A program made the position numbers and the translations under genes. From an uncultured Acidobacteriota bacterium (GTDB taxonomy: Bacteria > Acidobacteriota > Vicinamibacteria > Fen-336), in NCBI GenBank assembly GCA_963732935.1, contig CAVTBK010000001.1, forward strand, positions 497,624-561,623: 64,000 nucleotides of DNA, written 5' to 3'. The notes under the pieces are model-generated. The model saw only the letters and a program-made list of their open reading frames with translations. It was not told the DNA's origin and ran no database searches. How positions within the stretch are numbered: the stretch's first letter is position 1; every line of letters starts with the position of its first letter. Positions 9,807 through 19,830 of this stretch are shown here, in pieces.

Positions 9807-10615
9807 CCTTCCAGCTCCCGTGTCATCAGGCGGATCCGCATCAGCAGCTGCCGTCGCTCGACGTCGCGGCGCACGCGCTCGACGTCGCGGCGCTTGACGC
9901 AGGCGGGAAGGTCGGCCACGTCGCGGAGCGCCATCTCGACGTCGTCCAGCACCCCGCGCGCGCTCGCCACCGCCTCGCTGCCCGCGCCCACCACCAGCCG
10001 CCTCTTCTCGAGCAGCTCGCGGCTGCGCTCCGGCGCGGCGCCGACGTCCAGCCGGCCTTCCCCGTGGTCGCAGTCGCTGCCGGTGGCCGCCACCGCCACC
10101 AGGACGTCGCCCGCCTGGCTCAGGTAGCGGACGGCCTGCTCGCGGGCCAGGTTCCGCTCGATACGCCGGAGCGCGTCCTCGCTGACGAGCGGCGTCGCCT
10201 CGGAGGGGGGGATCTCGGCACGGGCCACCGGCGCACCGGAGCGGGAGCGCTCCACGAGCTTCGGCACGGCGAGCGCGAGGGCCAGGGCCGCGGCGGCAGC
10301 GGGCAGGGCGACCAGCCAGGCACGGCGGCGCAACGGCCGCGGCCGGACCGCGCGTTCGAGGGCTTGCTCGACGCGCGCGACCAGCACGTCGAGGGGCAGC
10401 TCGGGCTCCTCGGCGCGCACCGGATCCTGCTCGATCGCCGTGACGACCACGCGCAGCTCTTCGTGTTCCTCTCGGCAGCCGCGGCAGCGGTCGAGGTGAT
10501 CGAGGGTCTCCCCGCGCGCGGGGTCCTCGAGGGCGCCGGAGGCGAGCAGCGCCAGGCGGGCGCGGGCGCGCCCGTGCTCCCGCACGCCGGCCAGCCACTC
10601 GAGGGGCGATCTCAT
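9803..10615 (-). CDS. Anti-sigma factor, zf-HC2 type, single TM
   Basis: HLDRCRGCREEHEEL zinc-binding motif. TM AWLVALPAAAAALALALAV. Start overlaps the ECF sigma stop (ATGA). Confidence 0.7.
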   Translation of the reverse strand: MRSPLEWLAGVREHGRARARLALLASGALEDPARGETLDHLDRCRGCREEHEELRVVVTAIEQDPVRAEEPELPLDVLVARVEQALERAVRPRPLRRRAWLVALPAAAAALALALAVPKLVERSRSGAPVARAEIPPSEATPLVSEDALRRIERNLAREQAVRYLSQAGDVLVAVAATGSDCDHGEGRLDVGAAPERSRELLEKRRLVVGAGSEAVASARGVLDDVEMALRDVADLPACVKRRDVERVRRDVERRQLLMRIRLMTRELEG

Positions 10616-11187
10616 GGCCTTGCCTCCCCCGCGAAGCTCCCCCGCAGACGCTGGAGCGCCCTGTGCAGGCTGCTCTTGACGGTCCCAAGGCTCATGTCGA
10701 GCGCGGCGGCGATCTCGTCGAGGCTCAGCTCCTGATAGTGCCGGAGCACGACCACGGCCCGCTGACGCTCCGGCAGCCGGGCGAGCGCCGCGCGCACCCG
10801 CTCTCCCACCTCGCGTGCGTGCAGCCGTCGGTCGGGCTCCGGGCCCGTGGCGGCGAGCGAAGGGGCATGATCGCCCTCGCCGAGCGGCGAGAAGGTCTGG
10901 GCCCGGCGCCGGTTGCGCCGCCAGCGGTCGATCGCGAGGTTGACCGTGATCCGGGACAACCAGGGCCCGACCGCCGCCCCGTCCCAGCGGGGCGCCGCCT
11001 GGAAGGCCCTCACGAAGGCCTCCTGCACGACGTCGAGGGCATCCTCCCTCTGACGCAGGTAGGCGAGGGCGATCCGATAGAGGCGGCGGTAGTGGATCCC
11101 CATGAGGGGAGCGAGCGCCTCTCGGTCTCCCGCCGCCAGACGGGCCATGAACGCCCGGTCATCGGCATCCTCCCGCACCGCCTCCAT
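10612..11187 (-). CDS. ECF (sigma-70 family group IV) RNA polymerase sigma factor
   Basis: Region 2 (YRRLYRIALAYL, DVVQEAFV) and region 4 (LSLDEIAAALDMSLGTVKSSLHRA). GGAGGGGG RBS. Confidence 0.85.
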   Translation of the reverse strand: MEAVREDADDRAFMARLAAGDREALAPLMGIHYRRLYRIALAYLRQREDALDVVQEAFVRAFQAAPRWDGAAVGPWLSRITVNLAIDRWRRNRRRAQTFSPLGEGDHAPSLAATGPEPDRRLHAREVGERVRAALARLPERQRAVVVLRHYQELSLDEIAAALDMSLGTVKSSLHRALQRLRGSFAGEARP

Positions 11188-11323
11188 CCGCTAGAAGCCC
11201 CCTCCGAACGGCGACATCGTGACATGGGACCACGAGGCGGGGCGCCCGCCGCGCCTCATGCCTTTCCCTCCGATCTGGCTAACGCACGGGCGCCCGCGGA
11301 GGTTCCTCTGCAGAGGGGTCGAA

Positions 11324-11351
11324 TTGCGCCTGCGGCGGCGCCTGCCATAAT
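11324..11351 (+). promoter_or_regulatory. Putative sigma-70 promoter TTGCGC-N16-CATAAT for the LOG gene
   Basis: -35 and -10 hexamers with 16-nt spacer, about 26 nt upstream of TTG start; AAGGAG RBS in between. Confidence 0.35.
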
Positions 11352-11376
11352 CCATACGGTGCGAAGGAGTTCTGGC

Positions 11377-12039
11377 TTGAACGACACCCGCCGTGACGCT
11401 GACTTCACCTCGGACGACACCTGGCGGATCTTCCGCATCATGGCGGAGTTCGTCGAGGGCTTCGAGATGCTCTCCCGGATTCCGAAGGCGGTCACCGTCT
11501 TCGGCTCGTCCCGCTCGCGGCCCGGCGACCCGGACTACGTCCGGGCCGAGGAGCTCGGCCGCGCGCTGGCGCTGGCCGGCCACACGGTCATCACCGGCGG
11601 CGGCCCCGGTGACATGGAGGCGGTCAGCAAAGGCGCCTTCGAGGCGGGCGGCCAGACGATCGGGGTCTGCATCGACCTGCCGCACGAAGAGAAACCGAAC
11701 GGCTACCTGACCTCCCAGGTCTCCTTCCGCTACTTCTTCGTGCGCAAGGTCATGTTCCTCAAGTACTCGAAGGCGGTCGTGATCCTGCCGGGCGGCTTCG
11801 GGACGCTCGACGAGCTCTTCGAGGCGCTCACCCTGGTGCAGACCCGCAAGATCCCGGCCTTTCCGGTGATCCTGGCGGGCGATCACGGCTTCTGGGACGG
11901 CCTGCTCGACTGGCTCGGCTCCTCGCTCCTGCGCTGCGGCAAGATCGCGGCCGAGGACCTGTCGCTCCTGAGCCGCGCGCTCACGACCGAAGAGGTGATC
12001 CGGCTCCTTGGTCCCGCCTCGCGGCCTGAAGCCCGCTAG
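11377..12039 (+). CDS. LOG family protein (TIGR00730; cytokinin riboside 5'-monophosphate phosphoribohydrolase-like)
   Basis: AAGGAG RBS 7 nt before TTG. Motifs VFGSSR, PGGFGTLDELFE, GGGPG. Confidence 0.8.
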   Translation: MNDTRRDADFTSDDTWRIFRIMAEFVEGFEMLSRIPKAVTVFGSSRSRPGDPDYVRAEELGRALALAGHTVITGGGPGDMEAVSKGAFEAGGQTIGVCIDLPHEEKPNGYLTSQVSFRYFFVRKVMFLKYSKAVVILPGGFGTLDELFEALTLVQTRKIPAFPVILAGDHGFWDGLLDWLGSSLLRCGKIAAEDLSLLSRALTTEEVIRLLGPASRPEAR

Positions 12040-12392
12040 GGCCTCGGCGGCTTCGGGCCCAGCACGGCCCAGATCAGCCAGTTCACGAGCATGATCACGA
12101 GGCTGCCCAGGATCCCGGCCCACAGACCACCCACGTGGTAGCTGGGCATGAACCAAGAGAAGACCACCAGCAGCAGCCCGTTCACGACGAAGTAGAAGAG
12201 CCCGAGCGTGAGCACGATGAACGGCAGGGCCAGGAGCAGCACGAGCGGCCGCACCACGAGGTTCAGGACGCCGAAGATGGCGCCCGCCAGCAGCAGCCCG
12301 ACCAGGCTGCCGCTCCAGGTGATGCCGGGCACGAGCCGCGTGGTCGCGTAGAGGGCGACAGCGTTGCCGGCGACCGTCAGCAGGATCTTCAT
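12036..12392 (-). CDS. 4-TM membrane protein of the phage-holin-family-IV / PF04020 type
   Basis: 118 aa, AVALYATTRLVPGI ... RPLVLLLALPFIVLTLGLFYFVVNGLLL, typical of this family. Start ATGA-coupled to upstream gene. No other phage genes nearby. Confidence 0.65.
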   Translation of the reverse strand: MKILLTVAGNAVALYATTRLVPGITWSGSLVGLLLAGAIFGVLNLVVRPLVLLLALPFIVLTLGLFYFVVNGLLLVVFSWFMPSYHVGGLWAGILGSLVIMLVNWLIWAVLGPKPPRP

Positions 12393-13147
12393 CGCGGCTC
12401 CTTCGCGGGGGGGCGGCGGGGCTCGCTGGCGGGCGGGGCCTCGCTGGCGGGCGGGGCCTCCTTCACGACGCGGAAGCCGCGCGGGACCAGGAATCGCTCC
12501 GGCGCGACCTGCAGCTCGCGGATCGTCGTGATCGTGGAAACGGTCTCCTGCGGCTCCCCGAGCACGTCCACCCGCACGCGGGTCTCCAGCGGGAAGCCCG
12601 GCAGGCCGCGGATCGCCCTCACCAGCGCGGGAAGGGCCTGACCGGCGCCCGACCACTCGATGAAGTCCGCGAACTGCCCGGCGCGCAGGGCCAGGTCCTC
12701 CGCGACCCATGCCTCCACCGTCACCGTGGCGCCGGAGAGCCGGAACCCGCGGCACAGGTGGCCCGCGATCGTCCGACGCCGCGCGAGCGGGGTCCGACGC
12801 AGCCTCTCCTCGTCCGGCCCGCTCATGAGACCGGCCGCGACCGCGGCGTCGGCGTTCGAGCGAGCCCGCAGGCGCGCCGCGTCGAGCTCCGTGGCGAGGC
12901 GCGCTTCCGGGTCCAGGCGCAGGACGCGGCCCTCGTCGAGGCGCAGAACCAGGGCGGGCCCGCCCGGCACGTCCGCTGACTCGAGACGCATCCTCGGTCC
13001 CGCGCACCAGACGCGCGAGCGCACGCCCGGCGTCGCGACGCCGTCCGGGCGCAAGACCCGGGTCGTCTGCTCGAAGTAGAGCCCCGAAGCCGGGGGTGCG
13101 GCGGGTGCGCCGGCGAGAAGGGCGGCGAGGAGAGTCGCGCTCAGCAT
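12389..13147 (-). CDS. Secreted hypothetical protein with tandem APPASE repeat at C-terminus
   Basis: Signal peptide MLSATLLAALLAGAPA. 18-bp perfect tandem duplication at 12412..12447. Confidence 0.5.
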   Translation of the reverse strand: MLSATLLAALLAGAPAAPPASGLYFEQTTRVLRPDGVATPGVRSRVWCAGPRMRLESADVPGGPALVLRLDEGRVLRLDPEARLATELDAARLRARSNADAAVAAGLMSGPDEERLRRTPLARRRTIAGHLCRGFRLSGATVTVEAWVAEDLALRAGQFADFIEWSGAGQALPALVRAIRGLPGFPLETRVRVDVLGEPQETVSTITTIRELQVAPERFLVPRGFRVVKEAPPASEAPPASEPRRPPAKEPR

Positions 13148-13214
13148 GGGCTTCCAGCGATCATGCCAGCGTTCGACCGCCGCGTCATCCGGCTGTGCTA
13201 GTCTCTGGTACGAA

Positions 13215-14249
13215 ATGCAGCGTTACCTTTCCCGGCTCTGCTTCGCCTCGACGGCCCTGTTGCTCGGCTCCTGCGGTGGCGGCAGCACGTCACCCACGAC
13301 TCCCACCACGCCTGCCCCGCCCACCTACTCCGTCACCGCGACCGTCTTCTACGACGAGGACGGCAACGGACAGCTCGGCGCCCAGGAGCACGTCCGAGTG
13401 CCGGGGGTCGAGGTGGTGATCGGATCGGCCTCGGCCACGACCGCTCCGCGAACGGGTGAGGCCGTGGTCTCGGGGATCACGGCCGGGCAGGCCTCGGTCG
13501 GCGTGCGCTCCGACACGCTGCCCGCCTATTTCCAGCTCCATCCGGTGGCGTCCATCCAGGTCCCCGGGACGGCGGAGGTGCGGATCCCGGTCACGCTGTC
13601 GATCGGCGACAACAACGCGAACGTCTACCTCGGCTACGGCGACAGCATCACCCACGGCGACGGCTCGAGCGACGGCCAGGGCTACGTGCTCAAGCTGCAG
13701 ACGCTGCTGGTGGGCCAGCTGGGGCGCGCCCAGGTCCGGGCCTGGGGCCGCGAGGGCGACACCAGCGAGGAATCGGGGGAAGTCGCCGTGGTCCGGAAGA
13801 CGCTCGGCTGGTTCGACCCGGCCTATACCCTCATCCTGCTCGGCACCAACGACTGGCACCAGTGCAAGAGCATGCCGCCTTCGCAGTGCTTCACCATCGA
13901 GTGGCTGCGCACGATCGTCGAGACGGTCAAGGACTGGCACAGCCTGCCCGTGATCGGCACCCTCCCCCCCGTGAACCCCGCCCTGGCTCCCGTCTCGCGC
14001 AACGAGTGGAACGACACCATGAACGCGCTGATCAAGACCATGGCACGCCAGGAGGGCGTGGCGGTCGCGGACCTCAACGCCGAGTTCAAGGCGGAGGGTA
14101 GCCTTTCCTCCCTGTTCGACGACGACGTGCACCCGAACGACGCCGGCTACGAGGTGATGGCGCGGGGCTGGATGAAGGGCATCGTGGGGGCACGCGCCAC
14201 GACCACGTCTTCCCGCGGCTGGCGCTTCGGCTTCTCGTCCGGCCGCTGA
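13215..14249 (+). CDS. SGNH/GDSL hydrolase lipoprotein
   Basis: Lipobox LLLGSCGG. GYGDSITHG (block I), GTND (block III), DDVHPNDAGY (block V). Confidence 0.8.
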   Translation: MQRYLSRLCFASTALLLGSCGGGSTSPTTPTTPAPPTYSVTATVFYDEDGNGQLGAQEHVRVPGVEVVIGSASATTAPRTGEAVVSGITAGQASVGVRSDTLPAYFQLHPVASIQVPGTAEVRIPVTLSIGDNNANVYLGYGDSITHGDGSSDGQGYVLKLQTLLVGQLGRAQVRAWGREGDTSEESGEVAVVRKTLGWFDPAYTLILLGTNDWHQCKSMPPSQCFTIEWLRTIVETVKDWHSLPVIGTLPPVNPALAPVSRNEWNDTMNALIKTMARQEGVAVADLNAEFKAEGSLSSLFDDDVHPNDAGYEVMARGWMKGIVGARATTTSSRGWRFGFSSGR

Positions 14250-14256
14250 TCGACCC

Positions 14257-16176
14257 TCAAGGGGCGTCGGCACGAAGCCTGGCGAGCGCGCGCTGGGCGG
14301 CACCTCGGACGTTCTCGTCCGGGTCGGTGAGGTGCCGGCGGAGGGCCGGAAGGGCCTCCCTGGCCTGCAGGCGCCCGAGCGCCGTCGCGGCAGCCCGGCG
14401 GACGTCCGGGTCGCGATCCTCGAGCGCCCGCACCAGCACCGGCACGCCGGCCACAGCGGCGGGCCCGCCGATGCGACCGACCGCGATGATCGACTCCTGG
14501 CGCACGTGGCCGTTCTCGTCGGACGCCTCGGCGAGCAGGGTCGGCACGGCGTCCTGGGCTAGCGGACCGAGGTGGCCGAGGGCGCGCGCCGCCTTCCAGC
14601 GGTAGTCGGCGTCGCCCTTCCCGCGCAGCGCGCTGGCGAGGGCGGCGATGCTGGTCGGGTCGCCTTGACCGATCCGCGCCAGGGCCTGCACCGCCACCGC
14701 GCGCACCCCGGGCTCCGGATCACGGGCGGCCGCCGTCAGGGCGGACAGCGCCGGACGGGCCTCGGGTCCCAGGTCGCGTAGGATCCAGATGGCACCCGCG
14801 CGGACGTAGGCGTCGGGGCTGGCCAGCGCCGTGGCGAGCGCCGGGAGCAAGGCGGCCGTGTGCCCGCCCAGCTTCCAGGCGGCGTCGATCGCATGCCAGC
14901 GGACGCTCGCGCGCGGGTCGGCCGTCTTGGCGAGGAGATCCGGCAGGGCGACCCGCCCGGCCTGCCCCGTCTCGCCCAGGGCGGAAGCGGCGTCCGCACG
15001 CACGCACTCGTGATCGTCGTGCAGGGCGCGCAGAAGACTGGGGATCGCCGAGGCCGCCGCCGGCCCCAGACGGCCGAGGGCCCAGGCCGCCTCGGCGCGC
15101 AGGCGTTCGCGGCGGGAGACGAGGGCCCGCTCGATCCCGGGGAGTTGCCCGGGGCCGAGCGCCGGGGCCCCGGAGGGTCCGGTCGCGTCGCCCAGCGCCA
15201 ACGCCAGCGCGTGCGCGGCGACGACCCGGTCCGGGATCAGACGCTCCGCGAGGATCCGCTCGGCCACCACGCGCCGCCCCGGCAGGCGGAAGTGCAGCAG
15301 GTCCAGGAAGGCCTCCTGGCCGAGCGGCGCGAGGGCCGGCAGCAGGTCGACGCAGCGGATGCCCTCGCTCGCGCAGAAGGCCGCCAGACGCCGCTGGGCG
15401 AGCGGGGGCGGTGGCGCCTCGCCGAGCTGGAACTGGACCGGGAAGACCAGGATCGAGAGGGTCGCCCCCTGCGCCTGGACCTCGGCCCGCAGCGCCCGCA
15501 GCTCCGAGAACAGCCGCTCGTAGCCGCGCCGCACGCGCGGCGTGTCCGTGAAGAGCTCCTCGATGCTGTGGATCTGGCGCGTCTCCGCGTGCACGAGGCG
15601 GCGCACCAGCGCCGAGTGGCGATGCAGCTCGGAGAGGAGCAGCGGCGGCCGCTCCAGGTTGTTCTGCAGCTCCTCGACGTCGTTCAGGCACAGGCCCACG
15701 ATCACCTGGTCCGGGTGGTAGCGCCGGGCGATGCGCTCGAACGCGGTGCGCTCCTGGCGCGTGCTCCAGCCCCAGAGCGCGACGTTCAGGACCTCGACCC
15801 AGGGACCCTGCTGCTCGAGCTGCGCCTGCAGCATGGCCGGGAAGCTCTCGGCCGGCTTGAAGGGCGTCCCCGCGGTCACGCTGTCGCCCAGGATCACCAC
15901 CCGCCAGACGCCCTCCGGCTTCTCGGTCGCGTGCGTGCGGTCCTGGAGCCCCTCGGGGTTGATCGGCTGGGAGGGGGGCCAGCCGGCGCTCGTCGAGTGC
16001 ATCAGGTAGAAGTCCCCTGCCCAGACTTTCTCCCAGAGCGCGAGCTTCTCGCCGAAGGGGTCGCTCATGCGGTGCTCGATCGCGCGCGCTATGAGCTCCC
16101 CGCCGCCGAGCAGGCTCACGCTCACGGCCAGGGAGAGGCCGAGGTTCACGGCCAGGGACTGACGCTCCGCTGCCAT
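14257..16176 (-). CDS. SGNH hydrolase domain fused to C-terminal HEAT (PBS-lyase-type) repeats
   Basis: VVILGDSVTAG and LCLNDVEE SGNH blocks in the N-terminal half. About 8 repeats of the ..RxxAAxALGxLG.. HEAT-like pattern in the C-terminal half. N-terminal hydrophobic anchor. Confidence 0.7.
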   Translation of the reverse strand: MAAERQSLAVNLGLSLAVSVSLLGGGELIARAIEHRMSDPFGEKLALWEKVWAGDFYLMHSTSAGWPPSQPINPEGLQDRTHATEKPEGVWRVVILGDSVTAGTPFKPAESFPAMLQAQLEQQGPWVEVLNVALWGWSTRQERTAFERIARRYHPDQVIVGLCLNDVEELQNNLERPPLLLSELHRHSALVRRLVHAETRQIHSIEELFTDTPRVRRGYERLFSELRALRAEVQAQGATLSILVFPVQFQLGEAPPPPLAQRRLAAFCASEGIRCVDLLPALAPLGQEAFLDLLHFRLPGRRVVAERILAERLIPDRVVAAHALALALGDATGPSGAPALGPGQLPGIERALVSRRERLRAEAAWALGRLGPAAASAIPSLLRALHDDHECVRADAASALGETGQAGRVALPDLLAKTADPRASVRWHAIDAAWKLGGHTAALLPALATALASPDAYVRAGAIWILRDLGPEARPALSALTAAARDPEPGVRAVAVQALARIGQGDPTSIAALASALRGKGDADYRWKAARALGHLGPLAQDAVPTLLAEASDENGHVRQESIIAVGRIGGPAAVAGVPVLVRALEDRDPDVRRAAATALGRLQAREALPALRRHLTDPDENVRGAAQRALARLRADAP

Positions 16177-16284
16177 CGCCTTGAAGGTTAATCGAGCCGC
16201 AGGCCGGGGCGAAAATCGAGGCGGGCACGCGCCGCATCCCGCCCTCGACAGGTTTGTCTGCCCTGCTGCAAGGGGCGACATTTC

Positions 16285-16293
16285 TGTCATACT
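16285..16293 (+). promoter_or_regulatory. Extended -10 box TGtCATACT 7 nt upstream of ATG 16301 (leaderless-type geometry)
   Basis: TGn plus CATACT immediately upstream of the start codon; no SD sequence. Confidence 0.3.
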
Positions 16294-16300
16294 CGGCGCG

Positions 16301-17830
<1,530 letters not shown>

Positions 17831-18072
17831 GCGCGGCCTCGGTCGGTGCGGTGCCGGCTGGGACCGGCTCCGGCGTTGATAGGCCCGGAGTGACACTCTT
17901 GTTGCCCCTGGGAGTGCACGCGCCAATCCTGTCGGATCGCGCGTGGGCGCACGGCCGCGGCGCCAGGGCGGCAACGCGTTCGGAGCGTGTGACTTGAAAG
18001 GTACACGCCCAGGAAGGCGCCCGCGCACGGCCTTTGCATCTCTTCACCGATGCAAGGGAGGTGTGTGGACCC

Positions 18073-19386
18073 ATGGAGCCGACTCCAACTCTCGTCGCGC
18101 CCGACGTGGCCTGGATGCTGATCGCGACGGCGCTGGTGCTGCTGATGACGCCGGCGCTCGCGTTCTTCTACGGCGGCCTCGTCCGCTCGAAGAACGCGCT
18201 CAACACGATGATGATGAGCGTGGCCGCGCTCGGCTTCGTCGGCGTGAGCTGGGCCGTGCTCGGCTACACGCTCGCCTTCGCCGACGGAAACGCGTTCGTC
18301 GGGGGGCTCGGGAACGCCTTCCTGAGCGGCGTCGGACTCGAGCCGCACGGCACCATCCCGCACCTGCTCTTCATGTGCTACCAGGGCACCTTCGCCATCA
18401 TCACGGCCGCGCTCGTCTCGGGCGCGATCGTCGAGCGCATGCGCTTCGGCAGCTACCTCGCCTTCATCACCCTCTGGAGCCTGGTCGTCTACGCGCCCGT
18501 CGCCCACTGGGTATGGGGCGGGGGCTTCCTCGCGCAGCTGGGCGCGCTCGACTTCGCCGGGGGGACCGTCGTGCACGTGAACGCGGCCGTCGCCGCGCTG
18601 GTGGCAGCGGTGGTGATCGGCAAGCGCAAGGACTACGCGCGCCAGGCGATCCTGCCGCACAACGTCCCCTTCACCCTGCTCGGGGCGGGGCTGCTGTGGT
18701 TCGGCTGGTTCGGCTTCAACGCCGGCAGCGCTCTCGCCGCCAACGGCATCGCGGCGCTCGCCTTCGCCAACACCATGCTCGCCCCCGCCGGCACGCTGTG
18801 CGCGTGGACGCTGCTCGATCTGCTGCGCACGGGCAAGGCGACCGCGGTCGGCGCCGCGACCGCGATCGTGGTCGGCCTGGTCGCGATCACGCCCGCCGCC
18901 GGTTTCGTGGGTCCGATGGCCGCGCTGGCTATCGGGATCCTGGCCACCTTCCCGAGCTACTTCGCCCTGCTCTATCGGGCGCGAACCCGGCTCGACGACT
19001 CGCTCGACGTGGTGGCGGCGCACGGCCTCGGCGGGACGGTCGGCGCTCTCTTGACCGGCGTCTTCGCCTCGAAGGCCTGGAACGGCACCGCGGACGGGCT
19101 CCTGCACGGCAACCCCGCGCAGCTCGGCATCCAGGCGCTCGCGGTCCTGGCCGCGATCGCCTACAGCGGCGTCATGACCTACGTGCTGCTGAAGGGCTTG
19201 GCTCTCGTGACCAGCCTGAAGGTGGAGAAGCGCGAGGAGGGCATGGGGCTCGACGTGAGCCAGCACGGGGAGGAGGCCTACGCCGACCACGAGGGCGCGA
19301 TCCTGGTGCTGGAGAGGACTGAGACGGATACAGCCGCGCCGCTACCGGCGCTCGCCGCCCCGGCGGTGGACGGAGGCCGCTCATGA
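18073..19386 (+). CDS. amt: Ammonium transporter
   Basis: AGGGAGG RBS. Amt signature TMs (LLMTPALAFFYGGLVRSKN, DFAGGTVVH). Confidence 0.9.
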   Translation: MEPTPTLVAPDVAWMLIATALVLLMTPALAFFYGGLVRSKNALNTMMMSVAALGFVGVSWAVLGYTLAFADGNAFVGGLGNAFLSGVGLEPHGTIPHLLFMCYQGTFAIITAALVSGAIVERMRFGSYLAFITLWSLVVYAPVAHWVWGGGFLAQLGALDFAGGTVVHVNAAVAALVAAVVIGKRKDYARQAILPHNVPFTLLGAGLLWFGWFGFNAGSALAANGIAALAFANTMLAPAGTLCAWTLLDLLRTGKATAVGAATAIVVGLVAITPAAGFVGPMAALAIGILATFPSYFALLYRARTRLDDSLDVVAAHGLGGTVGALLTGVFASKAWNGTADGLLHGNPAQLGIQALAVLAAIAYSGVMTYVLLKGLALVTSLKVEKREEGMGLDVSQHGEEAYADHEGAILVLERTETDTAAPLPALAAPAVDGGRS

Positions 19387-19754
19387 AGATGGTGGTGGCG
19401 GTGGTTCGGCCGGAGAAGGCGAACGACGTCCTCGAGGCCTTGTTCCGGAGCGACGTCCAGGGGCTGACGATCAGCCGGGTTCAGGGCCACGGCGGGGAGA
19501 CCGAGAGGGTCGAGACCTACCGGGGCACGACCGTGAAGGTGGAGCTGCAGGAGAAGGTGCGCTTCGAGATCGGCGTGTCGGACCACTTCGTCACGCCCAC
19601 CGTGGAGGCGGTCCTGGGCGCGGCCCGCACGGGCGACGTCGGCGACGGGAAGATCTTCGTGCTGCCGGTCGAGAAGGTGTACAGGATCCGCACCGGCGAG
19701 CAGGACCGGGCGGCAGTGACGCCGGTCCAGGTGGTGGCCGCCGGACGAGGGTAG
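19383..19754 (+). CDS. glnK: PII-like nitrogen regulatory protein (GlnK-like) lacking the T-loop Tyr51
   Basis: ATGA overlap with amt. TGDVGDGKIFV and IRIRTGE PII signatures. T-loop reads ETYRGTTV instead of ELYRGAEY. Confidence 0.8.
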   Translation: MKMVVAVVRPEKANDVLEALFRSDVQGLTISRVQGHGGETERVETYRGTTVKVELQEKVRFEIGVSDHFVTPTVEAVLGAARTGDVGDGKIFVLPVEKVYRIRTGEQDRAAVTPVQVVAAGRG

Positions 19755-19830
19755 CGCTCGTCGTTTCGCCCGGCCGGCCCGGCCGCGTCGGTAGAATGGT
19801 GTGTCCCGCCGGATAGGAGCGGAGGCCGCC

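Noticed and set aside
12036-12392. Prophage lysis cassette
   Set aside because: Holin-IV-like fold only; no endolysin, integrase or structural genes, and compositional continuity with neighbours.
17831-18072. Sigma-54 promoter upstream of amt
   Set aside because: Only degenerate matches (TGACAC-N5-TTGC, GCGCAC..TTGCA) lacking the invariant -24 GG; not called as a feature.
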